Assembly: GCA_022793795.1 (NCBI GenBank)
Contig: JAAWDM010000050.1
Span: 476-64,475 of the forward strand
Reading direction: 5' to 3'
From: Bacillota bacterium
GTDB taxonomy: Bacteria; Bacillota; Clostridia; Peptostreptococcales; Anaerovoracaceae
DNA: 64,000 bases
Part shown: one piece after another, positions 39,757 to 53,262 of the stretch
Position numbering within the stretch: the stretch's first letter is position 1
How the letters are laid out: every line of letters starts with the position of its first letter
Translations under genes and position numbers: made by a program
The notes under the pieces: model-generated
What the model was told of the DNA's origin: nothing
Databases searched by the model: none
The model's input: only the letters and a program-made list of their open reading frames with translations

Positions 39757-39912
39757 TTTGCTACATGGAAAAAACATCGGAGATTTGCCGTGTTTCACCA
39801 ATAGGTAGTATCTCTCTTTCTCTCCTACAAAGGGGCGAACCATGTTTTGCCTCATGAAATTTTACAAATTCTTCCCATTTCATTATGAATCAATAGAAGA
39901 TAACCAAAAAAA

Positions 39913-39949
39913 TTCGATATTTTAAAGGAATATCCAGTAAAATATCGAA
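39913..39949. repeat. TCGA-box inverted repeat 2 (TTCGATATTTTA-N13-TAAAATATCGAA)
   Basis: Perfect 12-bp arms. Confidence 0.8.
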
Positions 39950-39964
39950 AATATTTTTACAAAC

Positions 39965-39998
39965 TCGATAGTTTGTTTATATATAAAGAAACTATCGA
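39965..39998. repeat. TCGA-box inverted repeat 1 (TCGATAGTTT-N14-AAACTATCGA)
   Basis: Perfect 10-bp arms. Confidence 0.8.
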
Positions 39999-40039
39999 AA
40001 CTCTTTACATAACCATCACATTGCAGTTCTTCACTCAGC

Positions 40040-40501
40040 CTACTTCAACTTTTTCTGTTTTCCGGTAGCCGATGTGATGTCGATTCTCCAGATGGCCGTT
40101 CGGGCCAAGCTTCGTGCAATGGCTTCATCAAAGTGTTCCATATTGTGTGGCGTATGACGCTGACAAAGCAGCCGAAGGGCATGAATCTTTTCCTGCTCAT
40201 CGATAATCTCAACCGCCTCGCCTCGCAGAATCGCTGACTGAAACCCAGTGGTAAAATCGTCAGGCGGCCTGAAGGTTTCACCTACACAAGAAAGGCAGAC
40301 CTTGGGATTGTTTCTCAAACATTCAATTTTAAACCCGCTCTGGGCGCTGTGAAAAAAAATGTGATTCTCTTCCCTGACTATGGAAATAGGTAAGGAATAG
40401 GGGCTTCCTGACGGGTCAACAAAAGCCATAGTCGCCCATTGGCACTGATCTGCTATGGCCCATGCAAAGGCTTCTGGCATCTCACGGTCTTTTCTTCTCA
40501 T
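40040..40501 (-). CDS. Pyridoxamine 5'-phosphate oxidase-family FMN-binding protein (NimA-like)
   Basis: MRRKDREM.. N-terminus and overall layout typical of the Nim/PNPOx split-barrel family. The probable start is ATG at 40501. Confidence 0.65.
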   Translation of the reverse strand: MRRKDREMPEAFAWAIADQCQWATMAFVDPSGSPYSLPISIVREENHIFFHSAQSGFKIECLRNNPKVCLSCVGETFRPPDDFTTGFQSAILRGEAVEIIDEQEKIHALRLLCQRHTPHNMEHFDEAIARSLARTAIWRIDITSATGKQKKLK

Positions 40502-40543
40502 CGGCAGCCCTCCATTCCTGCACTTATTCATAGTTCTTTTCTG

Positions 40544-43342
40544 CTACTGCTCCAAATCCTTATTCATACAGCAGTTCTTGTACTTCTTGCCAGAGCCGCA
40601 TGGACATGGATCATTTCTGCCCACCTTTGGTCCCTGACGGCGAACGGTTTCCGGCTTCTTTGGTTCCTCAGGTTTGGGAGCCTGTTTCGGCATCTGTCCT
40701 CCTGCTAGACCTCCTGCACCCTGGCCGCCGTTTCCACTCTGCCGTGCCAGAGACGCTGCATCACCCTGGAAATCCGCTTTCCGGCCTTCTCCCCCGCCGA
40801 TGACGGATTTTCGCTGGGTAGTGGTATTCACTGTCACGTTGTAGCAGTATTTCACCGTATCCTGCTGGATATCACCGATCATCTCCTCAAACATGTCAAA
40901 GCCCTCATTGGCATAAGCAGCAGCTGGGTCAATGTGGCCCAGAGCGCGAAGGCCAATACCTTCCTTCAAATCATCCATGGCCTGAATATGATCCATCCAC
41001 CGATTGTCAACTACCCGGAGAAGAATCATCCGCTCTACCTCACGCATCCGCTCGCTGCCCACCTCGGCTTCCTTAGCGTCATACATGGTTCGGAAAATAG
41101 ATTTTGCATCCTCTTCCAGTTTCTCTTCTGATAAATCCCGGATTTCCTCATCGGTATAGGAAATGCCAGGGAACTGTTCGGTGATTCTCCTGAGATTTTC
41201 CGAAAGACCTGCAATATCCCACTCCTCGGCAAACTTGCTGTCCACGGTAATCGGTTTCACCAGATTTTCAACCAGGCCGTCCATCATGCCCAGGATATTT
41301 TCCTTCAAGTCCTCGCCGAAAAGAACCTTGCGACGCTCATCATAAATGACCTCACGTTGCTTATTCATCACATTATCGTATTGCAACACATATTTTCTGA
41401 TTTCAAAGTTTCTGCCTTCCACCTTCTTCTGGGCGTTTTCAATGGTTTTGGAAAGCATCCCTGCGCCTATGGCCTCATCCTGCATACCGAACTTATCCAT
41501 CACAGTCTGAATTCTCTCTCCGCCAAAGAGTCGCATCAAATCGTCCTCCAAAGATATGAAAAACTGAGTCTCACCTGGGTCGCCCTGACGACCGGAACGT
41601 CCACGAAGCTGATTATCGATACGTCTTGATTCGTGACGCTCTGTACCGATGATGCATAGGCCTCCCAAATCTACCACCTGCTGCTGTTCGTCAGCCCGCT
41701 CGTCCTTAAACTGTTGGTGTAGTTTCTGGAAGGTTTCTCTGGCCCGATTCATCTCTGGATCATCGCTGGTAACAAAGCTGGTGGCAAAGGAAATCTGTTC
41801 CTCCGTAAAACCTTCCTTCTCCATCTCTTTTTTCGCTTCAAATTCCGGGTTTCCGCCCAGGATAATATCTGTACCACGACCAGCCATGTTGGTTGCAATG
41901 GTCACAGCCCCAAGGCGTCCCGCCTCTGCTACAATAGCAGCTTCCTTTTCATGCTGCTTTGCATTGAGGACGTTGTGTTTTACGCCCCGCTTTTTCAGCA
42001 TATCGCTGATCTTTTCCGAATTCTCAATGGAAATGGTGCCCACCAATACCGGCTGTCCGGTGGCATGCTTCTCTGCAATACACTCTGCGATGGCCTTAAA
42101 CTTGGCAGCCTCCGTGCCGAAGATGGCATCGTCTTGGTCGATTCTAGCAATAGGCTTATTGGTAGGAATTACCACAACATCCATATTATAGATGTCTCGG
42201 AATTCCTCTTCCTCCGTCTTGGCCGTACCAGTCATGCCCGCCAGCTTGTTGTACATTCTAAAATAGTTCTGCAAAGTGATGGTAGCCAGGGTTTTGGACT
42301 CGGAACGGACGAATACCCCTTCCTTGGCCTCAATGGCCTGGTGAAGACCACCGTTATACCGACGGCCAAACATGAGACGACCGGTGAACTCATCGACAAT
42401 GATGATTTCCCCATCCTTTACGATATAGTCCACATCCCGTTTCATAATATTTCTGGCCTTGAGAGCCTCCAAAACGTGATGGTTGATTTCCATATTTTCC
42501 GGGTCGCCGAAGTTTTCAATGTTAAAATATTTCTCCGCCTTATTGATACCTTCGTCGGTGAGACCTACCCGTTTTTCCTTCTCCTCAATGGTAAAATCCT
42601 CTTCCTCCCGCAGGGTTTTAACAAAATTATCGGCAATCTGATATAAGTCGGTGGATTTATCCCCTCTTCCGGAAATAATCAGCGGCGTTCTAGCTTCATC
42701 GATTAAAATGGAGTCCACCTCGTCGATGATGGCATAGTTGAGTTCCCGCTGGGTCAACTGCTCTCGATAAGTCACCATGTTGTCTCTCAAATAATCGAAG
42801 CCAAACTCGTTGTTGGTTCCGTAAGTAATATCAGCAGCATAAGCCGCCTTTCTCGTCTTGTCGCTGATACCATGAATCACACAGCCAACCGTAAGCCCCA
42901 GGAAAGAATAGATTTTACCCATCCACTCGGCGTCACGTTTTGCCAGGTAATCGTTGACCGTAATGACATGAACCCCCTTGCCCTCCAAGGCGTTAAGATA
43001 CACCGGCAGAGTTGCTACTAAGGTCTTTCCTTCACCGGTTTTCATCTCCGCGATACGCCCTTGATGAAGAACAATGCCGCCGATAACCTGCACCTTAAAG
43101 TGCTTCATCCCTACGCTTCTCCAGGCCGCCTCTCTGCACACAGCAAAAGCCTCTGGCAGTAGGTCGTCCAGAGTCTCACCGCCGGCAATTCTCTCCTTAA
43201 ACTCCGGTGTTTTCGCCTTCAGCTGTTCATCGCTTAAAGCCGCCATCTCGTCTTCCAGGGCCATAACCTTGTCGGCAATGGCGCTTACCTTCTTTACCTC
43301 GCGAGCGTTTAAATCGCCCAAAATCTTTTCCATAAAACCCAT
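40544..43342 (-). CDS. secA: Preprotein translocase ATPase SecA
   Basis: 932 aa with the DEAD motor ([27 protein letters not shown]) and a C-terminal zinc finger [13 protein letters not shown]. Confidence 0.97.
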   Translation of the reverse strand: MGFMEKILGDLNAREVKKVSAIADKVMALEDEMAALSDEQLKAKTPEFKERIAGGETLDDLLPEAFAVCREAAWRSVGMKHFKVQVIGGIVLHQGRIAEMKTGEGKTLVATLPVYLNALEGKGVHVITVNDYLAKRDAEWMGKIYSFLGLTVGCVIHGISDKTRKAAYAADITYGTNNEFGFDYLRDNMVTYREQLTQRELNYAIIDEVDSILIDEARTPLIISGRGDKSTDLYQIADNFVKTLREEEDFTIEEKEKRVGLTDEGINKAEKYFNIENFGDPENMEINHHVLEALKARNIMKRDVDYIVKDGEIIIVDEFTGRLMFGRRYNGGLHQAIEAKEGVFVRSESKTLATITLQNYFRMYNKLAGMTGTAKTEEEEFRDIYNMDVVVIPTNKPIARIDQDDAIFGTEAAKFKAIAECIAEKHATGQPVLVGTISIENSEKISDMLKKRGVKHNVLNAKQHEKEAAIVAEAGRLGAVTIATNMAGRGTDIILGGNPEFEAKKEMEKEGFTEEQISFATSFVTSDDPEMNRARETFQKLHQQFKDERADEQQQVVDLGGLCIIGTERHESRRIDNQLRGRSGRQGDPGETQFFISLEDDLMRLFGGERIQTVMDKFGMQDEAIGAGMLSKTIENAQKKVEGRNFEIRKYVLQYDNVMNKQREVIYDERRKVLFGEDLKENILGMMDGLVENLVKPITVDSKFAEEWDIAGLSENLRRITEQFPGISYTDEEIRDLSEEKLEEDAKSIFRTMYDAKEAEVGSERMREVERMILLRVVDNRWMDHIQAMDDLKEGIGLRALGHIDPAAAYANEGFDMFEEMIGDIQQDTVKYCYNVTVNTTTQRKSVIGGGEGRKADFQGDAASLARQSGNGGQGAGGLAGGQMPKQAPKPEEPKKPETVRRQGPKVGRNDPCPCGSGKKYKNCCMNKDLEQ

Positions 43343-43357
43343 GGTTTCTACCCCTTT

Positions 43358-44611
43358 CTATTCCTCACTCGGTATCTCTGTCACCGTCATGTTAATTTCC
43401 AGTGATTTCCTCTCATCAGCCTTGGTCACAGTCACCTCAAACCGTTTGAAATCCGCTTCGTATACGAACTGATCGCCCACGGCTGGCAATTTATCCAGCT
43501 GCAATACCACCCAACCGTTGACTGTGGTGGCGTCGTTAATTTCTTCATCCACATCAAAATAGTCAAACATCTTTTCCACATTGGTACTGCAAAGCACTCT
43601 ATATGTGCCGTCCTGCTGCTGCACAATGTCCTGTAGCTGCTCCCCATCGTGTTCGTCATAGATTTCACCCACAAGTTCCTCTATGATATCCTCCATGGTG
43701 ACCAAACCCGACGTACCGCCATATTCATCCACAATGATGGCGATATGGGTTTTGCCCAGCTGAAGCCTTTTTAAAAGTTGTGAGATTTTCATGGAACCTG
43801 CCACGAAGATAACTGGCTTTACGTAAGCTGATACCGGCGTTTCTCGCCCTTTAATAAAGTTATGGAAGTCTTTCTGATTCAATACCCCTACTATGTTGTC
43901 TAAATCGTCCTCATAAACCGGAAGGCGGCTAAACCCTGTATCCAAAAACAGTTGAGCAATTTCCTCTTCGTCCTCATCGATCTCTATGGCGATGATGTCT
44001 ACTCTTGGTGTAAGTACATCCCATGCTTCCAAGTCGTTAAACTCTATGGCATTCTGTATCAATTCGCTCTGGCCTTCGTCGATGCCTCCCTCTGTCTCCG
44101 CCTCCTCTACAATAGTGAGCAGTTCATCCTCTGTAATCGGTCTGCTTCCATCCACATGAAACAGCTTTGCCAGCAGCTTCTTCCACTGTGCAAAAATCCA
44201 GTTAATGGGTGTAAGCGCCACCATAAGAAACTGGATAATGGGCGCCGAAAACATAGCGAAGCCCTCGGCCTTTTCCTTGGCAATACTTTTAGGGGAAATC
44301 TCACCGAACACCAACACCACAACCGTGGTCACTGCGGTAGCGATGGTAGCTCCATAGGCCGGATACAGCTTTAAGAAAAACACTGTGGCAATGGATGACA
44401 TGGCGATATTGACGATATTGTTTCCCACCAAAACCGTGGAAAGCATGGTATCATAATTCTCCGAAAGTTCAAGAACCTCCTTGGCCCGTTTATTCCCATC
44501 TCCAGCCAGATTCTTGAGCCGAATCCGATTGGCCGAAGTAAAAGCCGTCTCTGTAGCCGAAAAATAGGCCGAAAACACCACTAAAACACCGATTGCGATA
44601 ATATATTGCAT
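43358..44611 (-). CDS. CNNM/DUF21-CBS-CorC_HlyC family membrane protein (TlyC/CorC-like)
   Basis: An N-terminal DUF21 TM domain (FFSATETAFTS), a CBS pair and a C-terminal CorC_HlyC domain. Confidence 0.85.
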   Translation of the reverse strand: MQYIIAIGVLVVFSAYFSATETAFTSANRIRLKNLAGDGNKRAKEVLELSENYDTMLSTVLVGNNIVNIAMSSIATVFFLKLYPAYGATIATAVTTVVVLVFGEISPKSIAKEKAEGFAMFSAPIIQFLMVALTPINWIFAQWKKLLAKLFHVDGSRPITEDELLTIVEEAETEGGIDEGQSELIQNAIEFNDLEAWDVLTPRVDIIAIEIDEDEEEIAQLFLDTGFSRLPVYEDDLDNIVGVLNQKDFHNFIKGRETPVSAYVKPVIFVAGSMKISQLLKRLQLGKTHIAIIVDEYGGTSGLVTMEDIIEELVGEIYDEHDGEQLQDIVQQQDGTYRVLCSTNVEKMFDYFDVDEEINDATTVNGWVVLQLDKLPAVGDQFVYEADFKRFEVTVTKADERKSLEINMTVTEIPSEE

Positions 44612-44750
44612 TTTTAAAAACCTCCGTTGTTTATTCTACCATATTATGTCTTATAAATCAAAGATTCCACTGTGTTTTTCTCTTATTTTCAATCCATCTT
44701 CACACAATCTTTGCGTCCGTCTTTATCGTCATCCAGTTCAAAACTATTGG

Positions 44751-44779
44751 TTGACATTTCTCTCCTCAGTCGTTATAAT
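44751..44779 (+). promoter_or_regulatory. Consensus sigma-A promoter of birA-bioY
   Basis: TTGACA (44751-44756), exactly 17 nt, TATAAT (44774-44779). Confidence 0.7.
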
Positions 44780-44818
44780 AAACAAAACACCATATTTCTA
44801 TAGAAAGGAGTCTGGCAC

Positions 44819-45817
44819 ATGTCAACCAAACTGACACTTTTGGAAGTGCTAAATCAAAATACCAATACATATCTATCAGGACAAGCTCTTGCCGACCAAC
44901 TAGGTTTATCTCGAAACGCAGTCTGGAAAGCCATTAAAAAACTGCAAGAACAGGGCTTTACCATAGAAAGCAAATCTGGCATTGGCTATCGGCTTTTAAA
45001 GCAGACTGACATCGTCACCAAGGACTATCTTCAGGAACATATCAAATTCCCTTGCAAATATCATGTCTTTGATGTGGTGGACTCTACCAATCTGGTGGCT
45101 CGCACCATAGATGATTGCACCGTTCCCCATATTATTGTTGCCAACGAGCAGACCAAGGGGCGGGGCAGACTGGGAAGAAGCTTTTATTCCCCGGCCAATA
45201 CCGGACTTTATATGACCATTGTATTTCGTCCCGACTTTAGTTTAGATAAATCCATGTTGATAACCACCTTTGCAGCCATTGCAGTCTGCCGCGCCATCGA
45301 GCAGATAACAGGTCTGCATCCAAAGATTAAATGGGTCAACGATATCTACCTAAACGATAAAAAACTCTGTGGAATTGGCACTGAAGCCCAAACCAGCTTT
45401 GAAACGGGAAATATCGACAAGATTCTTATCGGTATCGGCGTCAACTGCTTTGCAGCCCCCATGCCCGAAGAGCTTCTCGATGTAGCCACCTTCATTGAGA
45501 ATCCGCTCAAGGAATTTACTCGCAGCGACCTCGCCGCTACTATCGTCAATGAGTTTTTTAGCATATTAGAAGAAGCTGATACAAAAAAACTGATTCGAGA
45601 ATATAAATCCCGCTCTTTTATTTTGGGCCATCAGATTATGATTTATAACACCATTACTGGCAGTTCACCAGATAAAGATACGAAAGGGATTCGCGCCCGA
45701 GCCATCGACATCGACCAAAATGGAGGTCTTGTGGTGGAATACTTGGAGGGACGTAGAATGAGAGAAATGGAAACAATTACATCAGGGGAGGTATCAATTA
45801 GAAAATGGGACGCTTAA
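44819..45817 (+). CDS. birA: Bifunctional biotin--[acetyl-CoA-carboxylase] ligase / biotin operon repressor
   Basis: N-terminal wHTH (LSGQALADQLGLSRNAVWKAIKKLQEQG) plus the ligase motif GRGRLGRSF. Confidence 0.9.
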   Translation: MSTKLTLLEVLNQNTNTYLSGQALADQLGLSRNAVWKAIKKLQEQGFTIESKSGIGYRLLKQTDIVTKDYLQEHIKFPCKYHVFDVVDSTNLVARTIDDCTVPHIIVANEQTKGRGRLGRSFYSPANTGLYMTIVFRPDFSLDKSMLITTFAAIAVCRAIEQITGLHPKIKWVNDIYLNDKKLCGIGTEAQTSFETGNIDKILIGIGVNCFAAPMPEELLDVATFIENPLKEFTRSDLAATIVNEFFSILEEADTKKLIREYKSRSFILGHQIMIYNTITGSSPDKDTKGIRARAIDIDQNGGLVVEYLEGRRMREMETITSGEVSIRKWDA

Positions 45818-46419
45818 ACGAAACATCTACAACCAATCATGAATCGAAAAAATCTGACCGGGCTCAATCAGCTGCCCGCCTTAATGGCCTGATCCTTGCC
45901 GGCGTTTTTGCCGCAGTTACCACGGTTTGCTCCTGGATTACCGTACCGCTGCCTTTCACGCCGGTGCCGGTCAATCTGGCCCTGCTGGGCGTCTATCTCA
46001 CTGGTGGACTGCTGGGCCCTTACTTTGGATTTTATAGTCAGCTCATCTTCGTTCTTTTGGGAGCTATCGGCGTGCCGGTCTTTGCTGGATTCAGCGGAGG
46101 CTTTGGCATCTTGACAGGCCCTACGGGAGGCTATATCATCGGCTATATCTTTGCCGCTGTTCTGGTAGGTATGTTATCAGAAATTGGCCCTTCTGCTGTA
46201 AAAAAGCATACGTTTATCCGTCTGCTATTAGCCTGTTTCATCGGCATGACTGTCTGCTATGCTTTCGGTACAGCTTGGTATATGATTTCCACTGGCGCCG
46301 GTCTGTGGACAGCGCTGGTAAACTGCGTATTTCCCTTCCTTCCAGGGGACGCTGTTAAAATCCTTTTGGCTGCCATGCTGATAAACAGATTGAAACCTAT
46401 CCTTTCTAGTAAGCTCTAA
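45805..46419 (+). CDS. bioY: Biotin ECF-transporter S component BioY
   Basis: TVPLPFTPVPVNLALLGVYLTGGLLG..GPTGGYIIGYIF; overlaps the birA stop. Confidence 0.88.
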   Translation: MGRLNETSTTNHESKKSDRAQSAARLNGLILAGVFAAVTTVCSWITVPLPFTPVPVNLALLGVYLTGGLLGPYFGFYSQLIFVLLGAIGVPVFAGFSGGFGILTGPTGGYIIGYIFAAVLVGMLSEIGPSAVKKHTFIRLLLACFIGMTVCYAFGTAWYMISTGAGLWTALVNCVFPFLPGDAVKILLAAMLINRLKPILSSKL

Positions 46420-46424
46420 GATGA

Positions 46425-46465
46425 GAAAAGAGGCTGTTGCCCCAATGTGCAACAGCCTCTTTTTT
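46425..46465. terminator. Bidirectional terminator (bioY / transglycosylase)
   Basis: AGAGGCTGTTGC (46429-46440) / GCAACAGCCTCT (46449-46460), perfect 12 bp, flanked by A and T runs. Confidence 0.8.
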
Positions 46466-46471
46466 AAACGC

Positions 46472-47149
46472 TTATGGAATTTCCCCCTCTTCAATGTATC
46501 CGTACTGCACCATGCACTGTACCACCTGCTTCCGCCGCTGTTCCGCCAAATCTGGACTGACATCCGGCGAATAGACTGAAGGTGCGTTGGGAATCCCAGC
46601 CAGCAGTGTACACTCGTAGTCAGTCATATCCTTTGGCGCTTTATCGAAATATCCCATGGATGCATCGTACACATTATAATATCCTGAACCAAAATAGATG
46701 GAATTTAGATAAAACTCTAAAATTTCATCCTTTTCATATAAATTTTCAATATGAAGAGCCATCAGTAGTTCTGCCACTTTGCGGTCAAATTTTTTATTCA
46801 GATCAAAATACCATATCTTTGCAAGCTGTTGGGTGATGGTGCTGCCGCCCTCCACCAACTCTTTTTCCTGAAAATTCCGTATCACTGCCCTGGCTGTAGA
46901 CCGAAGGTTGAATCCATGATGCTCATAAAAACTTCTGTCCTCCACGGCCAGCACCGCATCCAAATAGGTCTTAGGCAGCTTCGTTAGCGGCGTAAAATGT
47001 TCCTGCCCTGTGACTTCTTCCACCTTCTCCTCTAGCGGAAGCTCCTCCAAAGCCTTCTCGTACATTTGGTATCCATCATAAAAGGTAATCCCCACCCATG
47101 CGATAACCACCAGAAGGGCTAAAGCCAATATTTTTTTAATAAGTCTCAT
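46472..47149 (-). CDS. Monofunctional peptidoglycan glycosyltransferase (GT51)
   Basis: Signal-anchor, VEDRSFYEHHGF and GGSTITQQLAK motifs. Confidence 0.85.
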   Translation of the reverse strand: MRLIKKILALALLVVIAWVGITFYDGYQMYEKALEELPLEEKVEEVTGQEHFTPLTKLPKTYLDAVLAVEDRSFYEHHGFNLRSTARAVIRNFQEKELVEGGSTITQQLAKIWYFDLNKKFDRKVAELLMALHIENLYEKDEILEFYLNSIYFGSGYYNVYDASMGYFDKAPKDMTDYECTLLAGIPNAPSVYSPDVSPDLAEQRRKQVVQCMVQYGYIEEGEIP

Positions 47150-47188
47150 TTCCTCTTTATCCCCTGTTTCAGTTTAATATTCGATATC

Positions 47189-47743
47189 TTACTCCTTAAT
47201 TGTGCCGTCGGCGTGAAATACTGGCAGTTTTTCCAAGTAGATGATGTCGTCTCTTTCTGCCGCTTCCCCCTCGGCCAGGACGGTCATTCTGCCCACGATA
47301 TTTCCCCCTACCTGATTTACCAAGGTTTCGATGGACTTCAGCGACTCTCCCGTGCTGATGACATCGTCCACAATGAGAACCCGTCTGCCCGCCATCAGAT
47401 CAGCCTCTTGTTGCCCTATGCAAAGAGTCTGCACATGGTCAGTGGTAATGGAATCCACCTCTGTCTTGATGATATTGGTCATATATAGCTTCGGCCCTTT
47501 TCTAGCCACAATATAGTCGTTAACCCCAGCCTGGCGAGCCATCTCATGAACCAGCGGAATCCCTTTGGACTCGGCAGTAATCATAATATCAAACTCCGGA
47601 GCCTTGGCCAGAAGTTCTTTAGCTGCCGCCACCGTAATCTCTACATCGCCAAACATGATAAATGCACCAATATATAAATCGTCCGTTACTCTGCAAAGCG
47701 GAAGCTGTCTCTTTAGTCCCGCTATGGTCATCTCGTAAAACAT
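47189..47743 (-). CDS. Phosphoribosyltransferase-family protein (purine PRT-like)
   Basis: PRPP-binding motif VLIVDDVISTGES; located downstream of a purine permease gene. Confidence 0.7.
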   Translation of the reverse strand: MFYEMTIAGLKRQLPLCRVTDDLYIGAFIMFGDVEITVAAAKELLAKAPEFDIMITAESKGIPLVHEMARQAGVNDYIVARKGPKLYMTNIIKTEVDSITTDHVQTLCIGQQEADLMAGRRVLIVDDVISTGESLKSIETLVNQVGGNIVGRMTVLAEGEAAERDDIIYLEKLPVFHADGTIKE

Positions 47744-47920
47744 GGTTTCTCATTCCTTTCATCCTTTGGAAAATTATATGCCGACATGGATTGCCTTCTA
47801 TTTATATATTATACTATTTCCCTGTCTGCCTTGCAATACCTTACCGATACCCTCCATTGATACAACCTATACAAAAAGAGGCCGCCCGAAGCAGCCCCTT
47901 TTATATTATCCAATTCTCTA

Positions 47921-49327
47921 TTACATGGTGATAAAGATAAACTTCAGGCAGAACAGAATTCCGATGATCGCTACCATCACGTCCTTCTTAGTAAACTTTC
48001 CAGTGAACAGGGTAATCAAGGTGTAAGTGATAGCGCCGATACCGATACCATTAGCGATGGAGTAGGTCAGCGGCATCATAATTAAGGTCAGGAAAGCCGG
48101 TACCGCAGCGCCAATATCGTCCATATCAACCTTGCGGAAGTTACCTAGCATCAGAACGCCCACATAAATCAGAGCCGGTGCAGTGGCACAGCCTGGTACG
48201 ATGCTTGCCAGAGGGCTTAAGAATAAGCACACGAAGAAGCAGATTGCAACCACCAGTGAAGTCAGACCGGTTCTGCCGCCAGCAGCCACGCCAGCAGCCG
48301 ATTCCACAAATGTAGTACAGGTGGAAGTACCTAAAACTGCACCAGATACAGTAGCAACCGAGTCACAGGTCATACACTTGTCCAAATTCTGAGGGTCACC
48401 GTTTTCATCTAACAGATTGGCCTGGGAAGCGGTTCCATATAGGGTGCCGATGGTATCGAACATGTCCACCAGACAGAAGGTAATAATGTACATGATAGCG
48501 CTGAATACACCGCCTACAAACTCTGGGCTAAAAGCATGGGCCCAAGAGGAACCCTTGAACACTCCAACCACGCCTACTTCAGCGAAATCCTTGAAGGATT
48601 GTCCAACCTGAGCGATGTCAAAAGAAGGAGTGGTGCCAGTGCAGATATAATACAGAATCGTGGTAATCACGATACCGATAATTACAGCGCCGGAAACTTT
48701 TTTCTTGGATAAAATTCCAATGATAATGAAGCCAACCAATGCCAGTAGAGCTGGAATTACTGTAGAGATACCGCCCTCTCCATTGATTGCTCCGTGGATA
48801 TCCACAAATTGAGTCAAAGTATACTGGTTTGCCTGAATGATACCTACATTCTGGAAACCGATATATGCGATGAACAGACCAATACCTGCCGGAATAGCCT
48901 TTTTGAGACATTCTGGCATGGCCTTAGCGATATACTGACGAGCGCCAGTCACCGATAATACCAGGAAGATGATACCGGAAATCAGGATAATAACCAAGCC
49001 TGCCTGATATCCTTGCACCGCATCGCCGCCACTGATAACCTGCGGCAGAATAAAGCTGACAAAGAAGAAGGAGTTTAGTCCCATTCCGCAAGCCTGTGCA
49101 AAAGGCATCTTTGCGTACAGAGCCATCAAAAGCGTTCCGATGGTCGCCGCTAAAATAGAAGCCACATAGACAGCATTCCATATCTGCCCCAGCCCCTCTG
49201 TAAAACCTGTTACCTGATTGGGGTTAACGAAGATGATGTAGGCCATTGCAAAAAATGTAGTAAAACCTGCAATCACCTCTGTCTTGACCGTGGAATCATG
49301 TTCCTTGATTTTGAAAAATTTTTCCAT
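47921..49327 (-). CDS. NCS2/AzgA-family purine (adenine/guanine/hypoxanthine) permease
   Basis: VKTEVIAGFTTFFAMAYIIFVNP N-terminus typical of PbuG/PbuO/AzgA permeases. Confidence 0.85.
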   Translation of the reverse strand: MEKFFKIKEHDSTVKTEVIAGFTTFFAMAYIIFVNPNQVTGFTEGLGQIWNAVYVASILAATIGTLLMALYAKMPFAQACGMGLNSFFFVSFILPQVISGGDAVQGYQAGLVIILISGIIFLVLSVTGARQYIAKAMPECLKKAIPAGIGLFIAYIGFQNVGIIQANQYTLTQFVDIHGAINGEGGISTVIPALLALVGFIIIGILSKKKVSGAVIIGIVITTILYYICTGTTPSFDIAQVGQSFKDFAEVGVVGVFKGSSWAHAFSPEFVGGVFSAIMYIITFCLVDMFDTIGTLYGTASQANLLDENGDPQNLDKCMTCDSVATVSGAVLGTSTCTTFVESAAGVAAGGRTGLTSLVVAICFFVCLFLSPLASIVPGCATAPALIYVGVLMLGNFRKVDMDDIGAAVPAFLTLIMMPLTYSIANGIGIGAITYTLITLFTGKFTKKDVMVAIIGILFCLKFIFITM

Positions 49328-49501
49328 GTTAGGTCTGTTCCTTTCTTTGAATAAACATGAGCAGCGGAACGACTCAAATTACCGTTCCAAAAATGAAAAA
49401 AGATATTCCCAATATATCACATTTCTATCACAAATTCAACAATTTTTTATGAAAAATGCATAAAAACCATTCATGTATATTGTATTTTTTCTCATACATA
49501 G

Positions 49502-49530
49502 TTGCTTTTTTTCTCCAGTTATGCTACACT
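49502..49530 (+). promoter_or_regulatory. Candidate nifJ promoter
   Basis: TTGCTT (49502-49507), 17 nt, TACACT (49525-49530). Confidence 0.4.
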
Positions 49531-49533
49531 GTG

Positions 49534-53186
<3,653 letters not shown>

Positions 53187-53200
53187 ATGGTACAACCTTA

Positions 53201-53262
53201 AAAAAGGGAGCTGCAACCCATTTAAGACATAATCGTCTAACCTGGCTGCAGTTCCTTTTTTC
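53201..53262 (+). terminator. Probable nifJ terminator
   Basis: GGAGCTGCA (53207-53215) / TGCAGTTCC (53247-53255), followed by T6. The loop is long. Confidence 0.45.

Noticed and set aside
39667-39800. Small minus-strand ORFs in the LytTR leader as candidate signalling or bacteriocin peptides: a 36-37 codon Lys/Arg/Cys-rich ORF starting TTG/GTG near 39799, and a 38-codon ORF from ATG 39880
   Set aside because: Neither has an acceptably spaced Shine-Dalgarno sequence, and neither has a double-glycine or AgrD-like leader. They overlap the palindromic TCGA boxes. They are not excluded, but they are unsupported.
41649-42646. 180-aa and 231-aa plus-strand ORFs inside secA
   Set aside because: They are antisense to the SecA motor domain. 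They have no RBS and a composition typical of antisense frames.
44814-44829. Second sigma-54 promoter (TGGCAC at 44814-44819)
   Set aside because: The -12 element is missing: TGGCAC-ATGTC-AACC rather than TTGC. The sequence overlaps the birA start codon.
49328-49460. Possible purine riboswitch upstream of the purine permease / PRT operon (also checked at 47744-47920)
   Set aside because: The leaders lack the conserved purine-aptamer elements (TATAAT..GGATATGG..TCTACC..CCGTAAAT..GACTA). Only a small hairpin GGAACG-N11-CGTTCC is present.
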